Below, in pieces: positions 12,101-24,368 of a DNA stretch of 64,000 nt (its first letter is position 1; every line of letters begins with the position of its first letter). Origin of the DNA: Octopus sinensis (taxonomy: Eukaryota). The stretch is from assembly GCF_006345805.1 (NCBI RefSeq), contig NC_042998.1, forward strand, positions 99,944,001-100,008,000. Direction: 5' to 3'. The position numbers were made by a program, and so were the translations under genes. Under the pieces are notes generated by a model. The model saw nothing but the letters and a program-made list of their open reading frames with translations. It did no database searches and was not told the origin of the DNA.

Positions 12101-12929
12101 CTGAGAGAAAATTTTTCATATCAAATTGTACATTGACCAGGAATCATCTTTATTTTTCCAAATAAAAATATTTTGAAAACTTTGTTTCATTTTAAAGCTT
12201 TATTGTAAATTAACAGAATTACAATAAAATGAATTCTTTCTGCTTTGTTATATTTATAGTTAATCATTATTTAATTTTACATGTACATAGGCCAATGCTT
12301 GTCTCAGGTTACCATATTGAGTGGATGTGAGGCAGATACCAATGGAAATGACACACTCTCTCAGAGGCAAATGTATTTGTAGGAAGAATTGAACTTAGCA
12401 CTACAAGACAATGAAACATTTTTGTGTTACAGTACGATTGCCACTTAGTGATAAATTATATTGTTCTGTATGTCAGGCTACAGATGACAGGAAACAAAAT
12501 GTTGACATCTTAGTTGATCATCTGTACCCTATCATTCACCCATTCATTTTTCTATTATTTAGAAGAGAGAAAGGTAGTACAACTGGCCAGTGAAGTTCTG
12601 TTGGTCTGATGAAATCGATGCTGATAGCATTCAGTTTGGATATCTGTAGTTTATTGGCTGTATGAAAACAGTTCTAGAGGTTTCAAAGTTTATAATGCAC
12701 AACTGAAGCTGTGTGATTAAGAAGCTTGTTTCCCAATCATATGATCTTGGGTTCAGTCTCACTGTGTGACCTTCAGCAAATATCTTCTGCTATAGCGCCA
12801 GCCTGACCAAAGCCATGTGAATGGATTTGGTAGACAGAAACGGAAAGAAATCTTCTGTGTGTGCGTGTGGTAAATCATGGTACAGGAGGATAAAGGAACA
12901 TGCGGAGAATTGGAATAAACACAAAGGAT

Positions 12930-13055
12930 GAAGATTTTCCCTCAAAATTTTTGAAAAATTTTTTGAAAATTTTCCCCAAAATTTTCGAAAAAGTTTTTGA
13001 AAAATTTCCCCAAAAATTTTTGGAAAAGTTTTTGAAAATTTTTCCCCAAAATTTC
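12930..13055. repeat. ~35-bp A/T-tract minisatellite
   Basis: ttttccccaaaattttcgaaaaagtttttgaaaa-like unit, about 3-4 copies. Confidence 0.8.
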
Positions 13056-13759
13056 GATCAATTGGATCTTGTCCTCCCCCTTGTATAGAAGTGTACGGCT
13101 GAAGCGAAATTCATTTTTGGACTTTCTTCTATCGAAGGCATTCTAACAAAAATGCTTCCATGTAAACGGTGAAAATATTGTCAATTTCCCCAAACAGGGA
13201 CACAATTCAATTTTTAAACAATAACCAAAGCTCCTTCTCCCAAAGGGGGAGGGTTACGGTTTACAATTATTTAACAAATGCAACACGACAATGTTTCCTT
13301 TACGAGGAACCAACAAACGTGATAACAATAGTTAAACAGTAATAATAATAACAACAAGCCTTACGATGAATCAGAAAGCAGTAAGCAGTTGAAGCTATAG
13401 TCCTTTATGTATAAGAAATAAATCAACAGCAGTAATCTGTAGAACCGGCTGTTCGAGAAAACAGATATTACATACAGCCAAACTCATATAGATACTTAAT
13501 GCTAGCTAATTAGCAGATAATCTAATGTAAAAGCACAGCTCTATCTGGACTATTCCATTTCTGCACGCTAATTTTATTTTTAATTTATTCCCATTCATGT
13601 GAAACCACTTATTCAAGTTCAAGTCATTGATGCAATTTTATACCAATTGCTATTTTTACTTTTGTTATGTTACGATTATATTATACTTTAGTTTTATTTT
13701 AATTATTACTTACTACATATAATTCAATTGTTATTATTATTTTTATTGTTAAAGTGAAA

Positions 13760-14168
13760 GTATCTGATTTAAAATAGAGAAACATTTTTGTTTCACTTTT
13801 AACATGTAATACTGAAATAGTGGAGAAGATATGATATTGCTATGGGCTCGCTCTAGGCAAGAAGTTGAACATTTTTTTTTTGCCCATGAAACTACATGGA
13901 CCCTAAGTAAGGCATGTGTAAAATTTGAATGGAATTGGTTGTGTAGTTCTCAAGTTTTAGGGAATCGTAGTGGAGAAGATATGATATTGCTGTAGGCTCG
14001 CCCTAGGCAAAAAGTTCAAATTTTTTTCTGCCGATGACACTCCCCGGACCCTAAGTAAGGCATGTGTAAAATTTGAATGAAATTGGTTGTGTAGTTCTCA
14101 AGTTTTAGGGAAACATACAGACAGACAGACAGACACACACACATTCTCAGTTTTATATATATAAAGAT
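13760..14168 (+). mobile_element. Helentron-associated (HINE/pearl-like) element, 3' part
   Basis: Two 150-bp core repeats (from 13818 and 13968), (ACAG)n/(AC)n tract, terminal ttttatatatataaagat; 5' end not found. Confidence 0.6.
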
Positions 14169-14171
14169 ACG

Positions 14172-14310
14172 ACGGGTTTCTTTCAGTTATCGTCTACCAA
14201 ATCCACTCACAAAGCTTTGGTCGGCCCGAGGCTATTGTAGAAGACACTTGCCCAAGGTACCACGCAGTGGGACTGAACCCAGAACCATGTGGTTGGTAAG
14301 CAAGCTACTT
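14172..14310 (-). mobile_element. tRNA-derived SINE (family A), 3' part of the copy interrupted by Tx1
   Basis: Reverse complement aagtagcttgcttaccaaccacatggttctgggttcagtccc... matches the intact copy at 61444 onward. Confidence 0.88.
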
Positions 14311-14520
14311 TATTTCATGAAAATTCGCCATTAAGGCGTTACATAGAGGGGACATACAAATACAGACAAACATATAGGGTGTAGTAGCTTAAATCGTTTT
14401 AGTATTTACAATATAATGTCTACAGTATTTACAATATAACGTTTACAAAATTAATATTACACAGTAGGGCAAGGAACCCAGCCATCTGGGTAGAACCTTT
14501 ACTTCTTGATCCGGCCACAC

Positions 14521-17500
14521 TTACCTAGTGCCAAATATACCCAGCTTGCATGCTACAGACTTCCATCTTTTCACAAACATATCTCGTGACAGACACCTCT
14601 TCTCCAGCCTGATCTTACTACCGAGGTGGTGACTAAAAAAGTTAACCAACCCCTGGCCGGATACAAAGGTACCTGTCACTATACCTTTCGTACGCGTCTT
14701 CCATACTGTTTCGTTCAGTATGGCTACTACGCAGGAAAAACAAGCCTTCCTTTCCCTGCTGAGGAAGGGAGATGGCACAATCTCAATGATAGACTCCGCT
14801 GATAGCTGTACTCTTCCATTCACTGACAACAGTTGTTCGGCAAAGGCAATCAGTCCCGATAACTCTGGGCACTCCACGAATGCGTGCAAGACGGTTTTCC
14901 TACCCCGCTCACATCGCGGACATGTCGGCGAGACGGCACTTCCGTGCCTTGACAGCTTGTCGCGAACAGGTAACGCCGCACGGAAACACTGCCAGGCCAG
15001 GGATTTCTGGTAATTATCCAGGTACCCTGGCCCGAACGTTCTCCGGAACAGGCTGATCAACTGATTTTCATCGTAGCCCAGGGTCTGCCCCAAGGCGTCT
15101 TCGGACTTAACCTCCACTAACCCGCTATAGAAATCCGCGGTGGAACTCCTGCTGCCGGCATTGCCCGCCCGAGAGAGTAGCTGAAGTGCCTGACAGCACT
15201 CCAATTACCAGTCCCCCAGCCTAGATCTCTGCTTGATCCAATTACCAATGTCCGTTAAGGACGTTAATTGAGGAAGGTAGAACCGAACGTGCGGTGACCA
15301 CACCTGTTCTCCATCCAAGTAAAGCCAGAGGTGCCTCAACCTTAACGCGAATCTTCGCATCTTCAGCCAAGGCATCCCTAGCCCACCCTTTAGCGGTTTC
15401 TGGCAGCAGACTGAGCGCTTTACAAGTGGCTTTCCTCCTTTCCACAAAAAGTGGAAAAGGATTCTCAACCTGAAGGCCTTACTCAAAGGATTCCCGCCAC
15501 AAATCGGGGCAAGGCACCACGATCAGGCGGTAGGTGACTACTGATGCTATGAACATCTGCCCTACCTCCGCCCTCCCTAGCAGGGATAACGCCCGTCCAG
15601 ACCAGGTCCGGGTTAGAGCGGCCACCTCACTCCAATTTTTCTCTATCTGGAGGTCTGGCCCGAACCAGACTCCGAGCAGCTTAACAGACCTTCCGTCCAA
15701 CGCCCCACGACGTTATTGGACGGCATCGGCTTGCCCCTTCCAGGTGCCGAGTTGCAAACCGACCGACTTGTCCTTGTTCACCTTTGCTCCTGCCACCGCC
15801 TCGTACCTTTTGATGGCCTCTTCCACCACTGGAAGCTGGCCTTCATCTGCCACGATGATGGAGATGTCATCCGCGTACGCCGTAGCTCCTCTTCCACACC
15901 ATAGATCATGCGGTGCGCCCCCTAGTGCCTCCAACTTCTGCAGCAAAGGTTCAAGAGCCAACACGTATAGAAGCGGGGACAGGGGACACTCCTGACGAAC
16001 TGAACGCTCGATTATGAACGATTTCGAAAGGAAGCCGTTCACCTTGACCACAGACTCGATGTCGCTATACAAAGCAGCGATCCAACCTCGAATGGTCGGG
16101 CCCAGGCCAGCCTCCCCGAGGACCGCCGCCAAGTACCGATGGTCGACCCTATCAAATGCCTTAGACTGGTCTAAATGTACCAGTGCCCCCCCCCCTGCGC
16201 CAGAAAGCTTCCCCACCCTCTCTAAGGAGTAGCGTATAAGGTGGAGATTGTCGTGTATCATCCTGCCCGGGATAGCGCACGTTTGCGCTTCCCCAACAAG
16301 TTTGTCCACGACCCGCGCCAACCTTTTCGCCAGCACCTTGGCCAAAATCTTTAACTCTGTGTTCAGCAGAGTTATGGGCCTGAAGTTGCCTATCTCGTCC
16401 CCCTTGCTCGGGTCCTTCCTGATCAACGTCACCACTTCCCAGCTCGCAGACTTGGGAATTCTCCCATTCTGCTGCCAGTTGGCGAAGACGCTAGCCAGCA
16501 GGTGCCCGAACAAGTCTGGCATACTTTTATAAAACTCATAGGGCAGACCATCGAGACCCGGAGACTTCTTCCCGGGGCACTCGCCCAACACCTCGATTAC
16601 TTCCTCGGCTGTGGTTGGCCCCTCACAGCACTCAGCCTCTCGTGCCGAGAGACGCGGGCCACCAGGCAGGAATTCCAGAAGGGCCTCGCCATGATCCAGC
16701 GTCCCGCACCTCCCGAACAACTCGGCGAAGTGCTTGTAAAGTGCTTCACATATCTCGTCCCGCTCCTTCACGTGCATCCGTTTTCGTCAGCAAGAGACCT
16801 AATTGTGGCATCGTTGCCACGCTGGATTTCTATCGTACGGGCCCATCCGGCAACATTAATTCCCTCACGGCCCAATGCTCGCACTTTAGCCCGAACTCTA
16901 CACCCCTCATGTTTGGTTTTGAGGTGACGGTCTAATGCCGTTCTCGCCGCCAAAACGTGAGATGCAGAGCCCACCTCAACGCCTCCTCTAAGTTCTTAGC
17001 TAATTGCCCTTCTATTCTAGCCCTGTCTAATCTTAGTTGCTTACTAAACCTAATGGACTCGAATCGAATGGCTCTTTTCAGGGCGAACCACCACCGGTTA
17101 TTAACCACGGCTCCGGTTAACGCCCTCTGCGCTAACTTCTGAATGCTTCACAAGTCAAAATAGACTTGTTCAGCTTCCAGTAGCCGGGTCCTATCTTTAG
17201 TGTGCTACCTATGTCCAGTCTACACTTGACCATTCTATGGTCAGTATAGGGCACCTGGACGAGCTGTGGACAACTAAAACTAGACTTATCTCTAGTTCTT
17301 ATCACTATCCTGTCTAGATAAGACTTGAACCTTCCGTAGCCACTCATCCAGGTCCACTCTGGGACGTTCGAATGGTCAAGTCTGTAACGATCTGCCAGCT
17401 GAAACCGCTTAAGCAGATCCACTATCGATGTGTACGTCAACGATAGCATTAAAGCCCCCTAATACTACTAAAGTCTTCGACGTCACGAGAAAGTTCTCTA

Positions 17501-17876
17501 GGCGCCGATAAAAATCAGTTTGGAAACCTCTAGCACAAGGTGCATAGAGTCCGATCAACCTGAAGGCTTTACTGCTGTATGTCACATCAAGGACGACCAG
17601 CCCACCTTCAGGGTCCACATAGACTGTACTTGTCTGCAGAGCCAAGCCTTTACGGATCAGTACCACTACACCCCCTCGCCCTCCGGTCTGACCAGGAGAC
17701 ATGATTTTCTCGTGGCCATTCAGGAGAGGCGAGAAGGTTTGTAGACTGTCCAGCTTGATCTCTGTAGCAACCATCACATGCATATCATGTGATCTGAGAT
17801 CATCGAGGAAACACGCCTGCTTCCACTTCGAACTCAGACCACGCACATTCAAACGACCAAAGTTAAGTGAGTCCAT
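14521..17876 (-). pseudogene. Tx1 ORF2 (APE-RT-zinc finger), several frameshifts
   Basis: LNVRGL, LDRI and TDH endonuclease motifs; KSPGLDGLPYEFY, FRPITLLNTELKILAK, DQSKAFDRV, Q(E)CPLSP, YADD RT motifs; CPRC...HAFVEC; split over at least 6 ORF-track pieces. Confidence 0.9.
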
Positions 17877-17899
17877 TTACAAAAAGTAAAAAGTTCTAC

Positions 17900-19196
17900 T
17901 TACTTTCTCCTTGGAGAAGCTGGGGGCGACTTCACCACACGTGGATCAGCCTCTTCCTTCGCATAATCTGGAAGTTCGTTAATTTTCCAAATGGCGTGCT
18001 TGTTCCTTCCCTTTAAGTCGCGGTATAGGGTTTCCCCTATTGCTGCACATCTCCGCGTCAGTCCTTCATGTTGGATATAAAGTTTTGACCTCTGATGTGT
18101 CACAATGGCTTCATTCGTGTATTGTTCAGTAGTGTCGTATTCGACAAGCATCCAATTTTCCTCTTTTTCTTCCGGGGCGGTTGGGCGGGATTTCTTTTTT
18201 AGTGTCTTTTGTGTATTGTTTTGGTTTTTTGTAGGGGATATGGTTGGGGAAGGTTTTCTTTTTCTAGGTGTTTTAAATCCATCCTCTGATACCTCCATGG
18301 TATCGTCTGAGGGGTTAACGTCTGTAGGGGTAACAATGTTTTTTGGAGCAGTCGGTGCCACAGCTTCCAAGGGTATGGGTGTTTTTATATTTGTAGGGGT
18401 TTGTGCGTGTAGCGGCTGGGTTTTTTTTGTTATTTGTTCCGGGGCTGGCACCACAACAGAGGGAGTGGGGATCTTTTTGTTTGTGAGGGTTGGTGCGTTT
18501 GCGGGGGTGGGGTTTTTTTGTTATTTGAGGGGCCTGGTGTTTGCGACAACTTTTTTTTTGTTTTCTTCACAATCAGCTCGAATGTGGCCCTTTTTTCCGC
18601 ATTGGTAACAGGTGGGCTTACGGCCTTCCACCTGTACCCTAAGGGCCACATTCTCCCCCAACGAGCACTCTCTCTGGTAGGACCCGAATGTCCTCCTGTT
18701 TCCCTTGTATTAAAACAATGATGTTCCGCCCTAACCAGTTCTGTGGGGCGGAACTTGTAGTTTGTAGTATGTTTATACGGTCCGTCCTATTAAACAGCAG
18801 GGCGGCCACCACTTCTTTAGGGTCTACTGTAGGTGGCAATTCATTAATTCTTACACGGGATGTTCTTCGTCCCATATAAGTTGGCAGGAGTACCACTTCT
18901 TTGGTCTTCAGGGGACACACGGAATGCCCGCGAGCCGCCTCTTCCTTTGAGAATTGGACCTCAACAGGACCATATGCCCGTCCCCTCGAGATATACTCTA
19001 TATCTCTCCATATCGGGGACAGGCATTTTTCTATTGTTTCTTTTACGAAGTGTTTAAACCTTTTGTCTTGTGGGCAGATGGTTTTATACACTACGGTCCT
19101 CTTCTCTGTTTCTAAAACAGTGGAGGAGGGTGATATCACATCACCTCCCTCTTCCTTCATCTTTTTAAAATATCCCTGCAACATGATAGAGGACAA
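17900..19196 (-). pseudogene. Tx1 ORF1 (gag-like), frameshifted
   Basis: MSSIML... then, after a G-run frameshift near 18655, VQVEGRKPT-CYQCGKKGHIRADC (CX2CX4HX4C, 18569-18610), a P/T/K-rich linker and a stop at 17900. Confidence 0.8.
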
Positions 19197-19766
19197 AAAT
19201 AATTATTTTTTATATCCGCAGTCCAAAGTTCAAATCCGCTGGGGGGGGGGCGAGACGTAGCAACAAAATCTACGACGATTCGAAATTAATTTTTCACACA
19301 ATAATGAAATATAGAATTTCGAGAAAAGGGAAACCTATATTTTTTCCTCACAACGACGACAACAATTCAAATCTCGCCCGTGCTACGGGCGGATGCCACA
19401 ATAGAGCCTACAATGGCTAAAATATAATTTTTTTTCACAACAATTTGCTTATTCCAAAAACCTGAAGCCTATAATATTTTTTTCCCCTCTTAATGAGGAT
19501 AACAGTTCAAAGGCCACCCCCGCTGGGGGGTGGGCACGACAATAAAGCCTACAACGGCTTTAACAAGTTCAATATTAATAATATTAATAAATTCAATATT
19601 AATGACTTCAGTATTACAACAATTACTTTCTCCCGTCACCGGGAAAAAAGCACAAAAGTTTTCAAGTTCACGAAAATATTTAACAATATTCAACAATAGA
19701 AAAATTCACCACGTGCAACAACACGTTTGACTCACCGCCAAAAAAAGACGTTCGTCTACGACAAGC

Positions 19767-19803
19767 GTAAGCAAGCCACTTATCACACAGCCACTCCTGC
19801 GCC
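19767..19803 (-). mobile_element. tRNA-derived SINE (family A), 5' head of the interrupted copy
   Basis: Reverse complement ggcgcaggagtggctgtgtgat-aagtggcttgcttac, i.e. A-box-like head plus TSD. Confidence 0.85.
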
Positions 19804-22800
19804 TGTTTACGTTCTGAGATCAAATCTCGTCAAGGTGAACCTTGCCTTTCGTGGGTCAGTAAAATAAGGTACTAATCAAGTACTGGAACGATTGTTTCGA
19901 TAACTCACTCTCCCTTAAAATTTATCGATGAAAAAATCAAATTTGCTTTCGTCCCATTGGACTCAATAAAACAAAATAATCAGTTAGTGAAGTCGGCTAA
20001 CACACTTCAAAATAGCTGTCCTTGTACCTAAACAGATTCAGTTATACCGACAAATTTCTCAGCAATATATATATAAACCAAAATGTTCAGAAACGAAAAT
20101 CAGATAGGTCACTTCTCTTGTTCTCCCCTATCCTTTTTTTTTTTTTTTTTTTTTTTTTGTTAAAATTCAGAATCGTAATGTCGATATTTTAAATATAAGC
20201 CTAAAAATGCTAGTTGTAATCAAAATTAGTTGTAACCAAACAGGGAAGATTGACGGGGAAAAAATTACTGGAAACTCACCCTCTGAAAAAAAGTGTGGAA
20301 TGTGGGTTCTAAATTTTATCAACATAATCATAATCTGCTCTCTTGAAAATGTATTTCTACAAAATTTCATTCAAAATTATGCATTTTCCAGAAAGTTATG
20401 AGAGAGAGCCAAGTAGGCTTAGGAAGGACATAAAACTTTAGTTATGCTGAAAGTTTTGCTTTCTGCATATCTTTTAGCTTTTAGAAAGTTACAATTTCGA
20501 TATAAAATTTGTTTATTCAATCTTCGTTGAATTATAAACCTGATGTGTTTCGAAAATATCCACTTTAACTCAGTTTTTATGAAACATGTAACAGGTCAAA
20601 ATCTGAACTCTACGCTGTTAGTATTAAATGAAGTTGCCTGACCATCAGTTTTGTTTTCGGCTGAATAACATCTTGATTGTATTCACCAACCATTAATTCT
20701 TTCTAGGCCAGCAATTTTGTAGAAAAGGAACCAGCTGATTACATCGACATCAGTTCTTTACTGGTACATGTTTTATCAACCCCGACGGGATGAAAGACAG
20801 AGTCAACCTTGGCGGAATTTGAACTTAAAACGTAATGAGTCGGAAGAAATACTGCTTGGCGTTTTATCGACGCTTAATCGCCAACCAATAACGACCTGAC
20901 TAAATAAATAGATGGGATGATTTGAAAATCAGTGTATTTTGTGTATTCTTAATTTTAAAAATATAGATTGTTTGAATTTCAATGAAATCATTAAAAACGA
21001 AAAGGAAATATCGGAAAATGGAAGGCTCGAATTGAGCACAGCGTGAGAGATTAGTTGCGTGTTTTCTGGGTTTTTTTATTCACTATAATTTTAACCGTTT
21101 AATTTTTGCTAATTTTTTTAACCGTTTAAATTTTGCTAATTCTTTTCAATAAATCATTTCACAAAGTATACCCAGTTTTTATTTCCAAACATAAAAGGTA
21201 CACTCATAAAGGGTCTATCAATCAATCAATAGACAGACAGACAGAAAGATGGTGTGTGTATGTGTTTGTGTTTGTGCGCGCGCGCGTATGTGTGTGTAAA
21301 CAAAGCCGTTCCTGCCCCTGTTGCGAAATAAAAGAAAATGGTAATTCTAGATATTGTGTATGTTGTTTCTAATAACCAGTATATCTCTATCCCGATGCAA
21401 TAACTTTATGCTGTGCCTACGTAAAATTGATGTATTTGTTCATCGGTTACAGGACGCTGAGCTTACAATTGCAAGGTCGTGGATACAATTGTAGTAACGG
21501 GTAGTGTGTTGTACCTTTGGGCAAGAGATTTAATTTCCAGTTGCTTCACTCCACTCAGCTGAAAATAAGTACCAGCAAACAGCTGGAAGTTAACCCTGTT
21601 AAGGACTGGCATTCCCGTTCTGGGGTGGGCGCGGCGGTGGCGCAGTGATTTTGATTCGCAATCCTTATATGTTGTGGAAACAGGAATAAACTCCGACCTC
21701 TAGACTCGAAACAGATTTCCTTCTCAATCAATAAGTTTCCCTTTGAACGAGCCAACGACCTGCAGAGAATAGCGACCAAATCACCCTCAAATCACACCTC
21801 AATTTCTTAACCTTTTTGTTACCATATTTTCGATGGTTTCATTTAATATTCAAAATAAGGAAGAATTTAGTAAAATATTTGTCTTTATAGAGGCCTTTCT
21901 TCTGGCTTTACGTTCCGAGTTCAACTTTACCGTTCATCCTTTTGGGGTCGATAGAATAAGTACCATTTGATCACTGAGCCAATGCTGACGATTAGTTCCT
22001 CTCCATAAATGTCACGCCTTGTGTCTATTGTAGAAAGAATTATTAGTCTGTTGTTTAGAACAAGGTTTTAGTTTAGATAACTTTAAAAACAGGAAATTTG
22101 TATTATGACCGAGAGGGTTGAAAGCAAAAGGATTAAGGGCGCAATAAAGGATTACCAAAAACAACTAGAAGTTAACCCTATTGTGGACTATAAAGCATGA
22201 AGTACGTTTTACCATTGAACCAAAGCAATGCTTCCAAATCCAACTACGGACTTAAAACATGTACTATCGGACCGAAGCAATCCTTCGAAACCCTAATACG
22301 GACTGGTATTCCCGTTCTGGATGGGATTGTCACATCAAGGCTGGGTTGTCATTAAGCATAGTTCTCTTCAATTAGAGCTAATTAGGAGCAAAACAATTTC
22401 CCCGACAAATTTTCCACTACAATTACAGGTAACAAAGTCAATGTTGGGTGATGGACTTGATTACCCATTTGAATATAACTCAAGCTTTATTTTTCTGTAG
22501 CAGTATTTTTGAGCAAAACAAGTTGGCAGGGCCTAGTTTCTCTTGTAATCCATGTCGATGCTGGGATGTGAACCTTGTGCTACTAAGCCACCTGTCAGAT
22601 AGAAATTGATCTTACTCCATTGATAACCGCAGAAAGCTATATTGATTCGTGCGATTTCAGAACGGGTGAAGATATATGAAATCGGAGAAAGTTCAAGGTA
22701 TATCGACCTGTCCTTATAGTTCGGTACCTGTGACGGAATATGAAACGATCAGGGGCCGCTAATGGTAAAATTAGGGTACATCAAATTCGATCATCGGCAA

Positions 22801-23164
22801 ATTTAGCAAAATAAAACTTTTAACAAATAATCAAATGAATAAACAAATAAAAATATTAATATTCAGTTTAAACGAAAGAAAAAAAAAAACAGAGAAAAAA
22901 TGGAATTCCACGATCGACGGCGTTTCAACTTAACGTAAATAACGAAGATTACAATAAAGATCGTGCTAGACTGAGATACCCAACGCTCGAGTCATTTAAA
23001 CATTTTAGATAACATTAGTTTTCACAAAATCCAGTCCCGAAGAATTAAGCTCTTTTATTACAATTTTATTGAAAGGTATTTATATTGTAATTTATCATGT
23101 CTTTATTGTGTATTCGTTGAATTAAGGAATGGAGAGACTGTTATGTGTGCCGGGGAGTGTGTCT

Positions 23165-23195
23165 GTGCGTGTGTGTGTGTAACATATATTATGCA

Positions 23196-23249
<54 letters not shown>

Positions 23250-23440
23250 GTATATGTATATATATATATATAATGTATATATGTATATATATATAATGTA
23301 TATATGTATATATATATAATGTATATATGTATATATATATATATATGTATATATGTATATATATATATGTATATAAAATGCATATATACGTGTAATATGT
23401 ATGTGTATGTATGTATGTATGTATGTATGTATGTATAGGT
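23165..23440. repeat. Compound (TG)n/(TA)n/(TATG)n microsatellite
   Basis: Read directly. Confidence 0.95.
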
Positions 23441-23777
23441 ATGTAAAGCTGGACTCAAAGAGTCATCTTTGTAGTCTTAAAGCGAGACAGATGAGTGACA
23501 ACCTGGCCACTGGTGGTGGTGTTACACACCATACTAATCATATCTGTCAGGCATGTGGAAGAGAGTGTAATTCGGTAGGAGGACTTGAATGACATGCAAA
23601 GGTACATGAAGCCCAGTTACAACTACAGCCGGCTATTACCAGTAAAGGTTTTAGCTGCCAATTCTGTACAAGACATTGCAGATCTTTAGCTGGGCTAAAA
23701 AGTCACATTCGATCACAGCACCAATAACAGTTAAGCTACGTGCAATGGCCATACTCGATAACGAGGGGGCAGCCATC
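23400..23777 (+). mobile_element. 5'-truncated RTE-like LINE 3' end encoding tandem C2H2 fingers
   Basis: CQACGRECNSVGGLE*HAKVH and CQFCTRHCRSLAGLKSHIRSQH, stop 23725-23727, tail ...gcagccatcat; 33-bp direct repeat at 23367-23399 and 23778-23810. Confidence 0.7.
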
Positions 23778-23831
23778 ATGTATATAAAATGCATATATAC
23801 GTGTAATATGCATATATGTATGTACATATAT

Positions 23832-23941
23832 GGGCGAAGGTAAAGAATACATACACCCGGTGGTTAGGGTTAGGGTCATGGTTTAGGGTTACGGTTTGTT
23901 ACGCTGAACACCAGTCGTTTACGTATTCTTTACCTCCGCCC
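23832..23941. mobile_element. 110-bp MITE with a TTAGGG-like core
   Basis: TIRs gggcg(a/g)aggtaaagaatac; ATAT on both sides; ttagggttagggtcatggtttagggtt inside. Confidence 0.75.
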
Positions 23942-23950
23942 ATATATGTT

Positions 23951-23988
<38 letters not shown>

Positions 23989-24129
23989 TGTATGTATGTA
24001 TATATATGTGTGTGTATATATATATGTGTATATATATATACACACACATATACAACGGGCTTTTATATAAATACATACATACATACATACACACACACAC
24101 ATATACATATTACACGTATATATGCATCT

Positions 24130-24318
24130 CAATATGTGACCGCGTGTGTATCGTTGGCGATTTTCTTTCTCCATTTTTCCATTTTCTATGTTTCTGATGA
24201 AGAGCTCCACTCGAAACGTTAAATCCTCCTTTTTTTTCCTTTCCTAAGCGTCCAATAACACTATACTTGTTCCACGTCGTCGTGTTGTGTTTTCTCTTTG
24301 TTCATGTTTGGATTAACT
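24130..24318 (+). ncRNA. Penelope pLTR/retrozyme-like element with a minimal type I hammerhead core
   Basis: CTGATGA(24194-24200)-A-GAG/ctcca/CTC-GAAA(24213-24216)-CGTT-AAAT with upstream TGTTT as stem I; flanked by TA/TG microsatellites. Confidence 0.7.
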
Positions 24319-24333
24319 ATATATATATATATT

Positions 24334-24368
<35 letters not shown>

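Larger units (their letters stand above)
14311..19766 (-). mobile_element. Full-length Tx1-clade (L1-like) non-LTR retrotransposon, decayed
   Basis: ORF1 with CCHC knuckle; ORF2 with AP endonuclease, RT and C-terminal CCHC; 15-bp TSD gtaagcaagc(t/c)actt at 14296-14310 and 19767-19781; ~570-bp 5' UTR. Confidence 0.9.

Noticed and set aside
14720-19260. Plus-strand ORFs antisense to the LINE (e.g. 15534-15995, 16502-16927, 18105-18608)
   Set aside because: Shadow frames of GC-richer coding DNA; no recognisable motifs.
8331-22320. Regularly spaced repeats as a CRISPR-like array
   Set aside because: Intervening sequences are homologous to each other (tandem duplications), the DNA is eukaryotic, and no cas genes are present.
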